A DNA stretch of 64,000 bases from Candidatus Methanomethylophilaceae archaeon (GCA_050950505.1 JBMNHS010000001.1:1024001-1088000), one strand, 5' to 3'. Positions 28,678 through 39,430 are shown, counted from the stretch's first letter. Notes: generated by a model not told the origin, from the letters alone. Translations and numbers: made by a program.

Positions 28678-30063
28678 TCACAGCACGAGTCCCATGCTCA
28701 GAAAAAATACCGTCATGGATATCGGGAGCATCATGGAGAATCTGTACGTCATGTCGCTCACATCGTTTTTCCCTGTGAGCGCCACGGTGAAAATTGCCAT
28801 CAGCGCACAAAGCTCTATGAGATAGATTCCGATTATGTACGACACGCCCGACATGTCGGCCGCTTCCGATATTGCCGTCAGCGGTTTCAGCATGGCCATG
28901 CACAATCCCAGAACCAAAGGGGCGAAGACGGCGGCCGTCGCCGTCATCATGTCCAACATGCTTTTCAGCTTGTTGATTATGTTTTTCATCACGGTTTCCC
29001 GGTCCTGAATCTGTCTTCCCATGGAAATTGCCAGCCGCCCCGCGTCTCTGAGATTCTTCAATGAAGAACGGTATATCTCGGCATAGGTTTCGGCCACGGC
29101 GGGGGATACCGGGGTCAACGCGGCGTACACCGCGGCCTCCACGTCTCCTCTGCAAAGAACCATTTCTTTTCTGAACGTTTCGGATATTCCCGACGTCTCT
29201 TTTTTGGATTCCAATGCGTCTATTGCCGAGTTTTCGAAATTGTTGCCCGAAATCAGCCGGTTGCCCAATTCGAACACCGATTCGTAAAGCATGGTTTCCG
29301 TTTCTTTTCTTTTTGATTCGTTTTTGATCGAGGGACGCAGTCTAACAAAAGCGATGATGCCCACAGGTACCGTTGCCAAGATCAGAACCTGGAGCAAATC
29401 TTTGAAAACGAACCATCCCGCGATTCCCAGCAACGGTGACAGTGCGTACACGGCCAAACCCGAAAAATCCCGGTCCCCGTTCCCCGAACCGAAAGGATTC
29501 TGTTTGCTGATTCCCGCGGATATCGTCAACACCACCGCAGGCACTGCCACGAGTATCGTGAAAATCATCGGGAAAGGAGTCATGGTGCCGTCCATGTCTT
29601 TTCCAAGTTGCAGCAACGGCAGCACGGACATCATTATCATCGGCGTCATGACCCCCAATCCGAAAATCAACATGCACGGATTTGACAGTGATGAGCTGAA
29701 CCTTTCCCCGGCATCTTTCAGACCGTCCAGAGAAATATCCGTGGCCTCCTTCAGAATTCTTGTTTTCTCGGAACCCGAAGGCAACTCCGAAGCCGCCATA
29801 AGGAGATGCATCGAACGTCGGAATCCGGACAGTTCTTTCGGCAGGGATGACAGCATTTCCTCAAGCCCGGACCTTATGTCGGGAACCGTTCTCGTGTCCG
29901 CGTTGTGAACAATGTCAGAGAACAGTTTTCTTATGGTCGCGGGACCGTTTTCAGCCACGCCTCGGACGGCGGAGTCCAAAGATCCCCCGGATTCCACAAC
30001 CACCGACATCATCCCCATAGCTCTGGGCCCTTCTTTCAGTATCGGACGGAAATCCTTTGCCAT
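28678..30063 (-). CDS. TadB/TadC (PilC/ArlJ-like) membrane platform protein
   Basis: Two cytoplasmic helical domains, each followed by TM bundles; directly downstream of a secretion ATPase. Confidence 0.75.
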   Translation of the reverse strand: MAKDFRPILKEGPRAMGMMSVVVESGGSLDSAVRGVAENGPATIRKLFSDIVHNADTRTVPDIRSGLEEMLSSLPKELSGFRRSMHLLMAASELPSGSEKTRILKEATDISLDGLKDAGERFSSSLSNPCMLIFGLGVMTPMIMMSVLPLLQLGKDMDGTMTPFPMIFTILVAVPAVVLTISAGISKQNPFGSGNGDRDFSGLAVYALSPLLGIAGWFVFKDLLQVLILATVPVGIIAFVRLRPSIKNESKRKETETMLYESVFELGNRLISGNNFENSAIDALESKKETSGISETFRKEMVLCRGDVEAAVYAALTPVSPAVAETYAEIYRSSLKNLRDAGRLAISMGRQIQDRETVMKNIINKLKSMLDMMTATAAVFAPLVLGLCMAMLKPLTAISEAADMSGVSYIIGIYLIELCALMAIFTVALTGKNDVSDMTYRFSMMLPISMTVFFLSMGLVL

Positions 30064-31812
30064 TCAAACACCGTTTGTCCGGTCTATTTTCAATCTGAAC
30101 GAACCGATAAGTTCTTCCGGGGTTTTGTCCGAATTTCTGGAGACGTGGTCGTTCGCAATGCAGATCCATTCGGGTTCCAGGAACATTTCGTTTTCTTTTC
30201 CTTTTTCCGCCAGCATTCTTCTTATTTCGGATCTGACCGTTATGTCTTCACGTATTTTCTCATCGTCCATCCCGCAGGACATCCTTATTCTGTTCATCAC
30301 CGGTGTTCCGAACAGGGAATCAATTTCGGAAACGTCGATGAATTCCCCGGTTTGGCCTCCGGTGGCCACCATTTCCCTCAAAACTCTTTTTTGACCTCCC
30401 GACCTTCTTTCCCTGACCGTTCCCAACGTAACAAGCACGTCCGTCGCCATGAACGCCTCGGGTTCGACCCCCATGTCGTAAACAACACGGTCAAAAACGG
30501 ATTTGGCCGAGTCTCCGTGAATGGTTCCCATTATGGAACTCCCCGCCCTTCCGGTTCTCATGCTTTGATACAGGGTCCGCACTTCATCTCCGCGGACTTC
30601 TCCCAGTATTATGGCGGATTCCCCCATCCGGAGGGAAACTCTGAGGGCATCGTCCGCCCGGCTTGCGTCACTCCCGTCCAATCTGTCGTTTATCAGCAAA
30701 GTCTGAACTTTGAATCCGATCCGTCTCATTTTCTCTCCCGGAAGTTCCATGGTGTCTTCTATGGTCAGTATCCTCTGTGAAGTCGGAAATTCAAACAGCA
30801 ATGCGGACAGCAAAGAACTCTTTCCCGCCCCTCTCGCACCGCAAACCAGGAAGGTGCACCGGTTATCCACAAGGAAAGACAGCATTCCGGCGGTTTCCGG
30901 ACTCAAAGTACCGTTCGCAACCAGTCTTGACAGCGTCCACAGTCTGTCCGAATGTTTTCTGATTGAAACCGAATCCCCGTTGGGACTCATGGGATATCCC
31001 ACCACCGTCGCTCTTGCGCCGTAACCTTTCATGTCGGATTCCAGAACCGGATTGGATTCGCAGAAGGGAAGCCCGCTGTTTCTTTTCAGAACGTTTATGA
31101 GATTCATCACTTCCTTTCTGTCAACCATGAGATTCGTTCTGCATTTCCGATTTGAATTCATTCCGGAAATTCCGCTCATCGTCACGTGTATGCGGTTTCT
31201 GTCGCAGGGCGCGTCAATGTAAATGTCTTCCAGTTTGGGATCGGAAAGCAACAACTCGAATATTCCCAATCCCACCGTGTACCTGTGAACGGTTTCGCAC
31301 AGAGCGTCCATTATGACATCAAGATCCAAGGTGTTGTTCCCGTAAATGGATTCGACGGTTTCGGAGGAACTCATGAACAGTCCCCTCGCTTCGTTCAGAA
31401 CGCTCTGTCTGTCCATTCTTCCGCCGTGTTTTCTGTAAGATTCCCGGATGTTGTCTATGACGTCCTCAATCAATGCGTTCACCGATTCCGGAGAAACATA
31501 TTCGTAAGGGGTGAGATTGTATTCCGTCTCCCCGTCCGGGGAAGTTCCTATCAGAACCTTTGCCCCGGGCAAACCGTATTCGGCAATGACGTCCAATTCG
31601 TCAGCGGAACCAATGAGCCAGCAATCGGCAAAAATCGGTTTCATCCTGGCGTTGGAACTTATCAGCCTTCCGAAATCTTCCAGCAGTCCGGAGGCATTGT
31701 TCCGTATTCTTTCCGGCGGATTCGGTCTGAAAAACATATTGTCGCGAAAATCGTTTTTTCCTTTTCCGAACCCTTCGTTGCCGAACATGTCGTTTTTGTG
31801 AAATCTGAACAT
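30064..31812 (-). CDS. Type II/IV secretion ATPase (TadA/PilB/ArlI family)
   Basis: LLSDPKLEDIYID, SIRK, GARGAGKSS, ILTIEDTMEL, LRMG..IILGEVRG, GTIHG. Confidence 0.93.
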   Translation of the reverse strand: MFRFHKNDMFGNEGFGKGKNDFRDNMFFRPNPPERIRNNASGLLEDFGRLISSNARMKPIFADCWLIGSADELDVIAEYGLPGAKVLIGTSPDGETEYNLTPYEYVSPESVNALIEDVIDNIRESYRKHGGRMDRQSVLNEARGLFMSSSETVESIYGNNTLDLDVIMDALCETVHRYTVGLGIFELLLSDPKLEDIYIDAPCDRNRIHVTMSGISGMNSNRKCRTNLMVDRKEVMNLINVLKRNSGLPFCESNPVLESDMKGYGARATVVGYPMSPNGDSVSIRKHSDRLWTLSRLVANGTLSPETAGMLSFLVDNRCTFLVCGARGAGKSSLLSALLFEFPTSQRILTIEDTMELPGEKMRRIGFKVQTLLINDRLDGSDASRADDALRVSLRMGESAIILGEVRGDEVRTLYQSMRTGRAGSSIMGTIHGDSAKSVFDRVVYDMGVEPEAFMATDVLVTLGTVRERRSGGQKRVLREMVATGGQTGEFIDVSEIDSLFGTPVMNRIRMSCGMDDEKIREDITVRSEIRRMLAEKGKENEMFLEPEWICIANDHVSRNSDKTPEELIGSFRLKIDRTNGV

Positions 31813-31816
31813 CGGC

Positions 31817-32317
31817 TCACCCCTTGGCGAAGGAAGAAATTTTCTCTGAAAGTTCGGACATGGAAAGTTCGGCCTGATCCAAAGATCTGTAAGTTCTCTG
31901 AACGCATATTCCGCAGAGTTCGTCCGTTGGCCGGAAAGACATAAGACGCCCCCTTGCCCCTCCGAAATCGGGAACCGGGAAGGACTCCCGGGCTATGCCC
32001 AGGATTTTTTCAGGAGAGTAATTGCAGGATCTGCATTTTCTTTTTCCGCCTGTTTTTATCGATGAAGACAAACCGTCCACGAAAGAAAGTTCGCACAGCA
32101 TTTCCGCCGCCGGGCCGGATATTTCGATGTCGCTGCCGGTTCTGAGTCTTATTCTTGATGCGCATCCGTGAGTTCTTATTTCGGCAACGATGCATCTGAT
32201 GCATTCCGCCGACGCGGGATCGGGGACTCTCCCGCAGTCTCTGCAGTTGATGCCCAATACGTCACGGTCCATGACGGACCCTTTTTCTTTCTTTTTGCCG
32301 CGGCCCTTGGATTCCAT
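31817..32317 (-). CDS. Cys-rich (4x CxxC) protein upstream of the secretion ATPase
   Basis: CRDC, CIRC, CRSC, CGIC; ends 5 nt before the ATPase start. Confidence 0.7.
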   Translation of the reverse strand: MESKGRGKKKEKGSVMDRDVLGINCRDCGRVPDPASAECIRCIVAEIRTHGCASRIRLRTGSDIEISGPAAEMLCELSFVDGLSSSIKTGGKRKCRSCNYSPEKILGIARESFPVPDFGGARGRLMSFRPTDELCGICVQRTYRSLDQAELSMSELSEKISSFAKG

Positions 32318-32418
32318 ACCTTTTAAAATGAAACAGGAACGGTATTAAGCAGGGAAGTTACAGTTAGTCTTAATTCCCGTGCGCATAGGTTATAAACAAG
32401 GGACATAGTGAACCGGTT

Positions 32419-34323
32419 ATGGAAATTTTGGCGCCCGCAGGTTCCCCGGAAGGTTTGGTCGCCGCCATACAGGGCGGATGCAATGCTGTGTATTTGGGAG
32501 GCGAAGCCTACGGAGCGAGAGCCTTCTCGGCCAACTTCACCGATTCCCAGATTGAGGGGGCCGTCAAATACGCTCACGAACGGGATGTCAAAGTTTACGT
32601 CACGGTCAATACGCTGATAAAAGACTCTGAAATGGATGACGCCGTATCCTTTGTTCGGTTTTTGTCCGACGTAGGGGCCGATGCCGTTCTGATTCAGGAC
32701 CTGGGGCTGCTTGAGAGAATACGTGACATAAACATTCCAAAACACGCTTCCACCCAGTTGGGAATCCATTCCCGCGAAGGTTTGGAATGGTGTCATGAGA
32801 ACGGAATAGAAAGAGCGATTCTCGCAAGGGAACTGACCTTTGAGGAAATATCGGGAATGGTGAAGAATTCCCCGGTCGAGACCGAAGTTTTCGTTCAGGG
32901 GGCCATGTGTTACAGCATGTCCGGCGGATGTCTGTTCTCCAGCGTCATAGGGGGACGGAGCGGCAACCGGGGACAGTGTGCGCAGCCCTGCAGGAAAAAA
33001 TACAAAATGGACGGCAGAAGCGGGTTTCTTCTGAGTTGCACCGATATTTATGCTTTGGATTACATTCCCAAACTGAAGGAAATCGGAGTCGCCGCGGCCA
33101 AAATAGAAGGGAGGATGAGAAGTCCCGCCTACGCATATCTGGCATCCAAAGCGTATTCCATGAAAGAAAGGGGGGAATCCGACGAAGACATCGCCCCCAC
33201 GGCGAAATTGCTTCATACGATTTTCAACCGCGGAATCTCCGATGGTTATTTCGGAGGCGTGAAGTCCCCGGTCCAATCCCTGTTCCCGGACAACCGGGGT
33301 TACCGTCTGGGAACCGTCACGATAAAAAACAGATCTTTCGTTGATTCGGAAATCAACGGAAAACTGAACGTGAGGGACGGTTTATCGTTGTTCAGAGGGG
33401 ATGAAAAAGTCGGAGGATTCAGAGTCAGCGACACCGCCAAAGTCACCGTTCCTTTCAGTGTTCCCAACGGAAAATACGATGTGTACCGAACCTACGATCC
33501 GAGAATAGACGCCATAAAGAACAGTCTCGAATCCGTCCCGGCACTGACCGGAAACACCAAACGTAAAAAATCAAAAAAATTCCAAAGAGAAAGAATCGTC
33601 AGAAACATCTCCGCTCCCGACCTTTCATTTTACTTAAGTTCGGTAAGAAATCTGGAAGCTGTTTCGGAGTATGCCGACAGAGTATATTTTGAAACGGGCG
33701 ACGGTCTGAAGGAAGCCGAGGAAATATGCGAAATGTCCGACATAGAATTTGTGACGATACTTCCCAGATTCGATCCCGCGGACACGGTGATTTCCTCGCC
33801 GGTCATGGTGAACACCGTCGGTCAGATGCATGCCAACAGAAACGCCGCCAGAGTTTACGGGAATCAGAATATGAATCTGTTCAATTCTTTTTATCCGGAT
33901 GTCATGTACCAGACGACTCTGTCGCCGGAACTCAACAAGGACGAAATCAGACAGGTTACGGAATACTACCCCGGCCGGCTGGAACTGATGGTGTTCGGAC
34001 GTCAGGAACTCATGGTTACCAGAGATCCGAAAATAGCCAAGGGAATGTTGGAAGATCACAAAGGATTCAAGTTTCCGGTGTACGGGGACGATGACGGCAC
34101 ATCCAGAATATTGAATTCCGCCGACTTGATTCTTTTTGATTATCTGGACGGACTTCAGTCCATGGGATTCGATTCTTTCGGAATAGATTTGAGAAAACGC
34201 CCCGAATCTTTGGCAAGAATAGTCGCCGAAGCTTTTGGGAACCGTGACGGTTCCAAGAAGAAGAGAATCGTCGAAATGTGCGGTTCCGTGACCACGGGAC
34301 ATTACAACCGCGGCGTGATTTAA
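32419..34323 (+). CDS. U32 peptidase-family protein (RNA hydroxylase-like)
   Basis: EILAPAGS, HASTQ, ILAREL, EVFVQGAMCYSMSGGC, NRGQCAQPCR, KIEGRM. Confidence 0.92.
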   Translation: MEILAPAGSPEGLVAAIQGGCNAVYLGGEAYGARAFSANFTDSQIEGAVKYAHERDVKVYVTVNTLIKDSEMDDAVSFVRFLSDVGADAVLIQDLGLLERIRDINIPKHASTQLGIHSREGLEWCHENGIERAILARELTFEEISGMVKNSPVETEVFVQGAMCYSMSGGCLFSSVIGGRSGNRGQCAQPCRKKYKMDGRSGFLLSCTDIYALDYIPKLKEIGVAAAKIEGRMRSPAYAYLASKAYSMKERGESDEDIAPTAKLLHTIFNRGISDGYFGGVKSPVQSLFPDNRGYRLGTVTIKNRSFVDSEINGKLNVRDGLSLFRGDEKVGGFRVSDTAKVTVPFSVPNGKYDVYRTYDPRIDAIKNSLESVPALTGNTKRKKSKKFQRERIVRNISAPDLSFYLSSVRNLEAVSEYADRVYFETGDGLKEAEEICEMSDIEFVTILPRFDPADTVISSPVMVNTVGQMHANRNAARVYGNQNMNLFNSFYPDVMYQTTLSPELNKDEIRQVTEYYPGRLELMVFGRQELMVTRDPKIAKGMLEDHKGFKFPVYGDDDGTSRILNSADLILFDYLDGLQSMGFDSFGIDLRKRPESLARIVAEAFGNRDGSKKKRIVEMCGSVTTGHYNRGVI

Positions 34324-34375
34324 ACTAACTGTAGTTTGTCCGGTATATTTTCTTATGGCGGAATGACAGCATGTC

Positions 34376-34795
34376 ATGCGCAACCGCAGAGGTGATATCG
34401 GATTCATGGAGGCCATGGTCGCCGCCATGGCGGTGACCGTCGTACTTGCCGCGTTCACGGGTGTCGTTGTGTCAAAGGTATTTGTAAGCGATCTGCGCCC
34501 CGGCTATCCCGACATACGTGAGATGGCGGATTCACTGTACGTATCGGATGGCGAAATCCAAGGAAATCTTGATGAAGAACTTGAGATTATTCTGATGAGG
34601 GCGGGGCTCAACGGGATATCCGTGTCCTTCGTTCCCGTGCCCGACAAGGACGGAAATCCCGTCGTCGGCGGGGAGTTGTATTTCTCAGCGGGAAACGAAC
34701 GGGGTCATGTTTCGACGGAACGGATTCTGTGTTCCGTCAGCAAAGATGGTGGAAACGTACTCGTAAGGGGTGAATTGAGGGTATGGAGCCGATGA
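34376..34795 (+). CDS. Type IV pilin-like protein
   Basis: MRNRRG followed by hydrophobic helix (class III signal peptide-like). Confidence 0.6.
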   Translation: MRNRRGDIGFMEAMVAAMAVTVVLAAFTGVVVSKVFVSDLRPGYPDIREMADSLYVSDGEIQGNLDEELEIILMRAGLNGISVSFVPVPDKDGNPVVGGELYFSAGNERGHVSTERILCSVSKDGGNVLVRGELRVWSR

Positions 34796-35214
34796 ACCGC
34801 AAAGGGCTCACCGCCATGGCGGATGCGATGATATTCATCACACTGATTACGCTGGCATTCACCGTCATTTATTCCCTTGGCATGGAAAAAGACGGCCCCG
34901 AAGTTCAGGATGCATCGGAAATTCTGGACCTCCTGTTGGATTCGGAAACCGTCGCGGACATCGGCGACGGACCGGTTAAAATGAAAATATACCAGGGATT
35001 GGTTTATTCATTGTATGTCGAATGCGGAACCGATCGGGAAGTGACGAACATCCTGGATTCCCATTTCATGAGGGACGGCTCATACAGACTCACTGTGGAA
35101 CAGGGCGGCAAAACCGTGGTATTGGGCCACGGAGGGGGAATTCCGTCATCAGCCTGTACCAGGGTGTTGACGGCGCCTCATTTCACCGCCGCCTACACTT
35201 TGGAAATTTTCTGA
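34792..35214 (+). CDS. Type IV pilin-like protein
   Basis: MNRKG/LTAMADAMIFITLI class III signal peptide-like; ATGA overlap with the previous gene. Confidence 0.65.
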   Translation: MNRKGLTAMADAMIFITLITLAFTVIYSLGMEKDGPEVQDASEILDLLLDSETVADIGDGPVKMKIYQGLVYSLYVECGTDREVTNILDSHFMRDGSYRLTVEQGGKTVVLGHGGGIPSSACTRVLTAPHFTAAYTLEIF

Positions 35215-35216
35215 AA

Positions 35217-36452
35217 TCAGGCACCGTACTTTTCGTTTCTGTTGGCGAGATCCATACAGATCGGAACGATGTCGAAACCCCGTATCCTTCCCATGGAACC
35301 CGCAGCACATCCGGACTCGCTGTATTTCACGGCATCATCGACGACAATGTCGTCGGAGTACATGGTTATCGGGACGGGATCGGCGCTGTGATCCATCACC
35401 GTACAGGGAGTACTGTGGTCCGCAGTGAAAACCAGAACAAGGTTTTCCGGCATGTTTTCCCTTATGTAACCCGCCATCTCATCCAGTCTTTTGACCACTT
35501 CGCACTTCAGTTCGGCGTTTCCGTCATGACCGCAGACATCCGGAGCTTTGCAGTTCATCAGTATGAAATCGTATTCTTTCAAAGCTTCCAGGGCTGTTTT
35601 GGCTTTCAGTACGAAATCCGAATCCGCCCCTCCGGTGCATTCTTTCGGCAAATCAAGAACATCCAAACCGCAGACTCCGCAGATTCCCTTGATCATTCCG
35701 ACACCTGCCACACAGGCAGATTTGATGTTGTGAACGTCAGGGAACGGATCGATTTCCGGGAAGGAACCCGCGCCCCTGGGCAACAGTATGTTTCCGGGGA
35801 GGAGTCCTTCGGCTTCCCTTCTTTTGTTGACGGGGTGATCTTTGAGGATATCGTAGGACATTTTCACGAACTTATTTACGATGTCAGCGGTGAACTTGGC
35901 TTCGGGGGTGGTTCCGACGGATTCAAGCACTTTGCCGAGACATCCGGGATCGGTGCCGGTCACTTCCGGAGACAGTCCCGGGCCTCTGAGAAGCAATGCG
36001 GCCCGGTGTTCCGTTCCTTTCCCCACAATCACTTCCACGCCGTCGATTACGATGCCCTGCAGGGCTTCTATGAGTTCGGTGGTGTCCGGTTCCTTGATTC
36101 TTCCGGCGCGTCTGTCGGATATGAAGAAATCATCGTCGGAAGCGGCGAAGTTGCATCTGAACGCAACATCCCCTCTCCGGCCTATCACTCCGATTCCTGC
36201 GGCTTCGAAGGGACCTCTTCCGGTGTAAACTTCCCTCGGATCGTAACCGAGGATGGACAGGTGAGCCGTGTCGCTTCCGGGTTTTGTTCCCGGAGTTATC
36301 ACGTCACATATTCCCGACATTCCGTTTTTGACAAACCAGTCAAAATTCGGGGTGTCGACTGCCTGCAACGGAGTTTTGCCTCCGATTTCTTTGTTGCTGC
36401 GGTCACCGAGACCGTCCATAATCACCATCAGGATTTTCTTTTGCACTGTCAT
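35217..36452 (-). CDS. apgM: 2,3-bisphosphoglycerate-independent phosphoglycerate mutase (archaeal type)
   Basis: DGLGD, PGSDTAHLSILGYDP, GRGPFEA, PDVCGHDG, TADHSTP. Confidence 0.95.
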   Translation of the reverse strand: MTVQKKILMVIMDGLGDRSNKEIGGKTPLQAVDTPNFDWFVKNGMSGICDVITPGTKPGSDTAHLSILGYDPREVYTGRGPFEAAGIGVIGRRGDVAFRCNFAASDDDFFISDRRAGRIKEPDTTELIEALQGIVIDGVEVIVGKGTEHRAALLLRGPGLSPEVTGTDPGCLGKVLESVGTTPEAKFTADIVNKFVKMSYDILKDHPVNKRREAEGLLPGNILLPRGAGSFPEIDPFPDVHNIKSACVAGVGMIKGICGVCGLDVLDLPKECTGGADSDFVLKAKTALEALKEYDFILMNCKAPDVCGHDGNAELKCEVVKRLDEMAGYIRENMPENLVLVFTADHSTPCTVMDHSADPVPITMYSDDIVVDDAVKYSESGCAAGSMGRIRGFDIVPICMDLANRNEKYGA

Positions 36453-36454
36453 CT

Positions 36455-37030
36455 TTATTCCAGCTTTTTAAGCAGCCAGGCCATGTTTTCACCAAGTGTT
36501 TTCATGGTACGGATGCCTTCTTCGTCTTCATCGAAATCCCCGGGAGCTCTGGAAAGGCTCATGTTCCAATAGGTGGAACCGGGAACAATCATTTCTTTGA
36601 TAAGGAAAAATTGATTGATGCTGTTGAAGACTCCGACGGAACCTGCCCTTCTCGCGACGGCGACGGCGGCGCCCACTTTTCTTTTCAGGGGATTGCCGTC
36701 TTTGGTTCCGCAGGAGTATCCCACACGGTCGATCAGAATCTTCGCTTCCGGGGTCAAGTCCGCAAAATAAGTGGGCGAACCGATGATGATTCCGTCGGAC
36801 GATGTCATTTTGGCGGAAAATTCGTTCAGCGGGTCGTCGTTCATTATGCACTTCCCGTCAAGATTTTCTTTACATTTCCCGCAGGCGCGGCAGGGGCGCA
36901 TGTCGACGCCTCCGACCTGTACGAATTCGGTTTCTATTCCGTGTTCTTCGAGAACGGCCAATACGGTTTTGATCATTCTTGCCGTGTTTCCGTTTTTCCG
37001 CGGGCTGCAGTTGAATCCTGTGACTTTCAT
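36455..37030 (-). CDS. Iron-sulfur flavoprotein (flavodoxin family)
   Basis: SPRKNGNT, CRACGKC...C, GSPTYF. Confidence 0.9.
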   Translation of the reverse strand: MKVTGFNCSPRKNGNTARMIKTVLAVLEEHGIETEFVQVGGVDMRPCRACGKCKENLDGKCIMNDDPLNEFSAKMTSSDGIIIGSPTYFADLTPEAKILIDRVGYSCGTKDGNPLKRKVGAAVAVARRAGSVGVFNSINQFFLIKEMIVPGSTYWNMSLSRAPGDFDEDEEGIRTMKTLGENMAWLLKKLE

Positions 37031-37125
37031 GTTATCTAGATTTCCTCGACCCGTGATAACCATCCGATTTTAATAAACCATCTTCCCCGGTCAGATATTA
37101 GTATGTGGATTTCCATCGGGCAGAC

Positions 37126-37896
37126 ATGCCTTTCGTAAGCATCCGGAACGGAGAATTGTCCTATTCCATCGAAGGTTCCGGCGAACCGTTGATTCTTTTG
37201 ACGGGATTCGGGTCCGACAAGGATTTCTGGAATTCCCTGGTGCCCGTTCTTTCATCGGATTTCACCGTTATCGCCGTCGACAACAGAGGCTCCGGCGATA
37301 CCGTCTGTGACGGAACATTCTCAATAGACGACATGGCCGATGATGTGATCTGTCTCCTTGATTCGCTGTCCTTCGGCAAAGCACACATTCTCGGATGGTC
37401 AATGGGGTCCCAGATCGCCCAATCCGTGGCAATCAGATATACTGAAAGGGTCCGCACTCTGACGTTGGTGTCTTCGTATTTCAGAAGACCGGAACGTTCC
37501 GCGTTCATGCTTGACGGCATGATGGAAGCCGTGGAAAACGGGATGCCTCTGAAATACCTCGGTGTTCCGCTTATTGCGATGGGGTTCCCCGAATCGCATT
37601 TCGCTTCGAAGAAACGGGAGATTCCCGAATCGCTGAATGCGGACATTGACGGAATGAGAAACCAGATGAACGCCGTCAATGCGTACACAACAAAAGGCAA
37701 AATTGAATTGATGGACACGCCGGTGCTGTCGATACACGGCATCAAAGATTACATGGTGCCGGCGGATATGGGCGATGAACTTGCCGATTCAATCAAGAAT
37801 TGTGTAAAAGTGAGATTCGAAGACGAGGGCCACAACATCCTTCCTCTGAGATACGCCGACCGACTGAAAGAATTTCTGACGGATCATCCGATCTGA
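37126..37896 (+). CDS. Alpha/beta hydrolase
   Basis: DNRGSG, GWSMG nucleophile elbow, D...GH. Confidence 0.9.
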   Translation: MPFVSIRNGELSYSIEGSGEPLILLTGFGSDKDFWNSLVPVLSSDFTVIAVDNRGSGDTVCDGTFSIDDMADDVICLLDSLSFGKAHILGWSMGSQIAQSVAIRYTERVRTLTLVSSYFRRPERSAFMLDGMMEAVENGMPLKYLGVPLIAMGFPESHFASKKREIPESLNADIDGMRNQMNAVNAYTTKGKIELMDTPVLSIHGIKDYMVPADMGDELADSIKNCVKVRFEDEGHNILPLRYADRLKEFLTDHPI

Positions 37897-38408
37897 GATT
37901 TTCTCTTTTCTCTGGCTTCGTCCACTCTTTCCGAAATGCAGCCTTTGATTTTCAGGGTGCAGGGCCAGGAATCGTCCATATAATCAATCATTTCGAGAAT
38001 ATCCGCTTCTTCATTCACAATGGCCAGATACACTTTGCTCATGAACGTTGACACGAGATAGGGAAAATCTTTGCAAATCTGAGGTCTCGAGTCCCATATC
38101 GAACATTTTTCTTTCTTCAGGAAGGCGCAGGGATTGGTTTTCAAAAGCATTATTCTGCCGTCCCCGGCGACTCCCACGTAAGATGACATGAACTCTCCCA
38201 AAGGGACGCCGGAGGCGGAAGACACACGGTCAACTTCTTCCGGCAATAACGTAATAAGTTCCTGATGGCAGCATCTGCCGCATTCTTCACAGGGAAATTC
38301 GTTGTGAAGTTCTTCACACAATCCGTACGCAATGTCCAGGTCTTTTTCCATTTCGGGGGAGATTTCCCCCAGTCCCTGCAATATGTAACGTTCCCTGTAG
38401 ACCGCCAT
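37884..38408 (-). CDS. YkgJ-family cysteine cluster protein
   Basis: CEECGRCC, PCAFL...CSIWDSRPQICKDFP. Confidence 0.88.
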   Translation of the reverse strand: MAVYRERYILQGLGEISPEMEKDLDIAYGLCEELHNEFPCEECGRCCHQELITLLPEEVDRVSSASGVPLGEFMSSYVGVAGDGRIMLLKTNPCAFLKKEKCSIWDSRPQICKDFPYLVSTFMSKVYLAIVNEEADILEMIDYMDDSWPCTLKIKGCISERVDEAREKRKSQIG

Positions 38409-38417
38409 CGGAAGACC

Positions 38418-38762
38418 TCAGAATCTGCTGAATCCCAGAATGAACGCCACCATCGAGAGGAGAAGGCCTATGGCGGAAATGGCTATGTACATGTTTCTTG
38501 ACGGGGCATCGTATACCCGGCTTGTGTTGAACGAATAGCCCCCCAACAGCAATCCGACACCGCCGAGGGCGATGCTGGCTATGGGCTGGAACATCACAAG
38601 AGCCGCCGCCAAAATACCCAATACGAACGTCACGGGAGCGAAAATCTTGGCCTTTTCGCCCTTTTCCTTTTCGGGCACGTAAGGGATGTCCATTCTCCAG
38701 TCACAGTTCTCGCAGAACAGTATGCCGTCATCGTTTTTGGTTCCGCATTTGGGACAAATCAT
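38418..38762 (-). CDS. Zinc-ribbon membrane protein
   Basis: CPKCG...FCENC plus 3 TM segments. Confidence 0.8.
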   Translation of the reverse strand: MICPKCGTKNDDGILFCENCDWRMDIPYVPEKEKGEKAKIFAPVTFVLGILAAALVMFQPIASIALGGVGLLLGGYSFNTSRVYDAPSRNMYIAISAIGLLLSMVAFILGFSRF

Positions 38763-38845
38763 ATCGGTGACCAGTTTATTTCCCGATATAACTTTATCGG
38801 AAGAGGAAGACCGTTGGATTACCCCTGCAGACACCGAACCGGATC

Positions 38846-39430
38846 TCAGAGAGGTTTTGACAAAATACATTCAGAACGGCTTCTCAACGAACCGAACTTT
38901 GTTTTTTCCTCGACAAGACGGGATTCCGAGACGGTGAACTCTGAAAACAATGCTGTGATTTCTTCGGGCATCCGGTGTACATACCGTATCCCGTCCCTCA
39001 CCGGTTTGTCTGACCTCATATCTTCCGGCGAGAAAGATCTGACGAACAGTTTACCGCCGGGTTTCAGAACTCTGAAACATTCCGACGAAAATCTTCTGAC
39101 CCCGCCGTCATCGAAGTTTTCGGTTATGTGCACCGCATAGACGCCGTCAAAGACACTGTCGGAAAAAGGCAGGTCCAAACAGTCTCCGGTGACAAAAACG
39201 GCTTTGTCTCCGTAAATTTCAGAACAGGACTTAATGGCACAGGAAGAGAAATCAATGCCGGTCACGTCAAAATCCAATCCTATCAGACAGGAACAGGTCT
39301 TTCCGTTTCCGCAACCGGTGTCAAGAACTTTGCTGTTTTTCGGAAGACCCAGATTCGGAACTTCTTTGAATCCCCTCCATGCTCTGGGTTGTTTTCTGTA
39401 AAAATCATCCCAGATTTCCTGTCCGTCCAT
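38846..39430 (-). CDS. Class I SAM-dependent methyltransferase
   Basis: VLDTGCGNGK, GIDFS, RVLKPGG. Confidence 0.9.
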   Translation of the reverse strand: MDGQEIWDDFYRKQPRAWRGFKEVPNLGLPKNSKVLDTGCGNGKTCSCLIGLDFDVTGIDFSSCAIKSCSEIYGDKAVFVTGDCLDLPFSDSVFDGVYAVHITENFDDGGVRRFSSECFRVLKPGGKLFVRSFSPEDMRSDKPVRDGIRYVHRMPEEITALFSEFTVSESRLVEEKTKFGSLRSRSECILSKPL

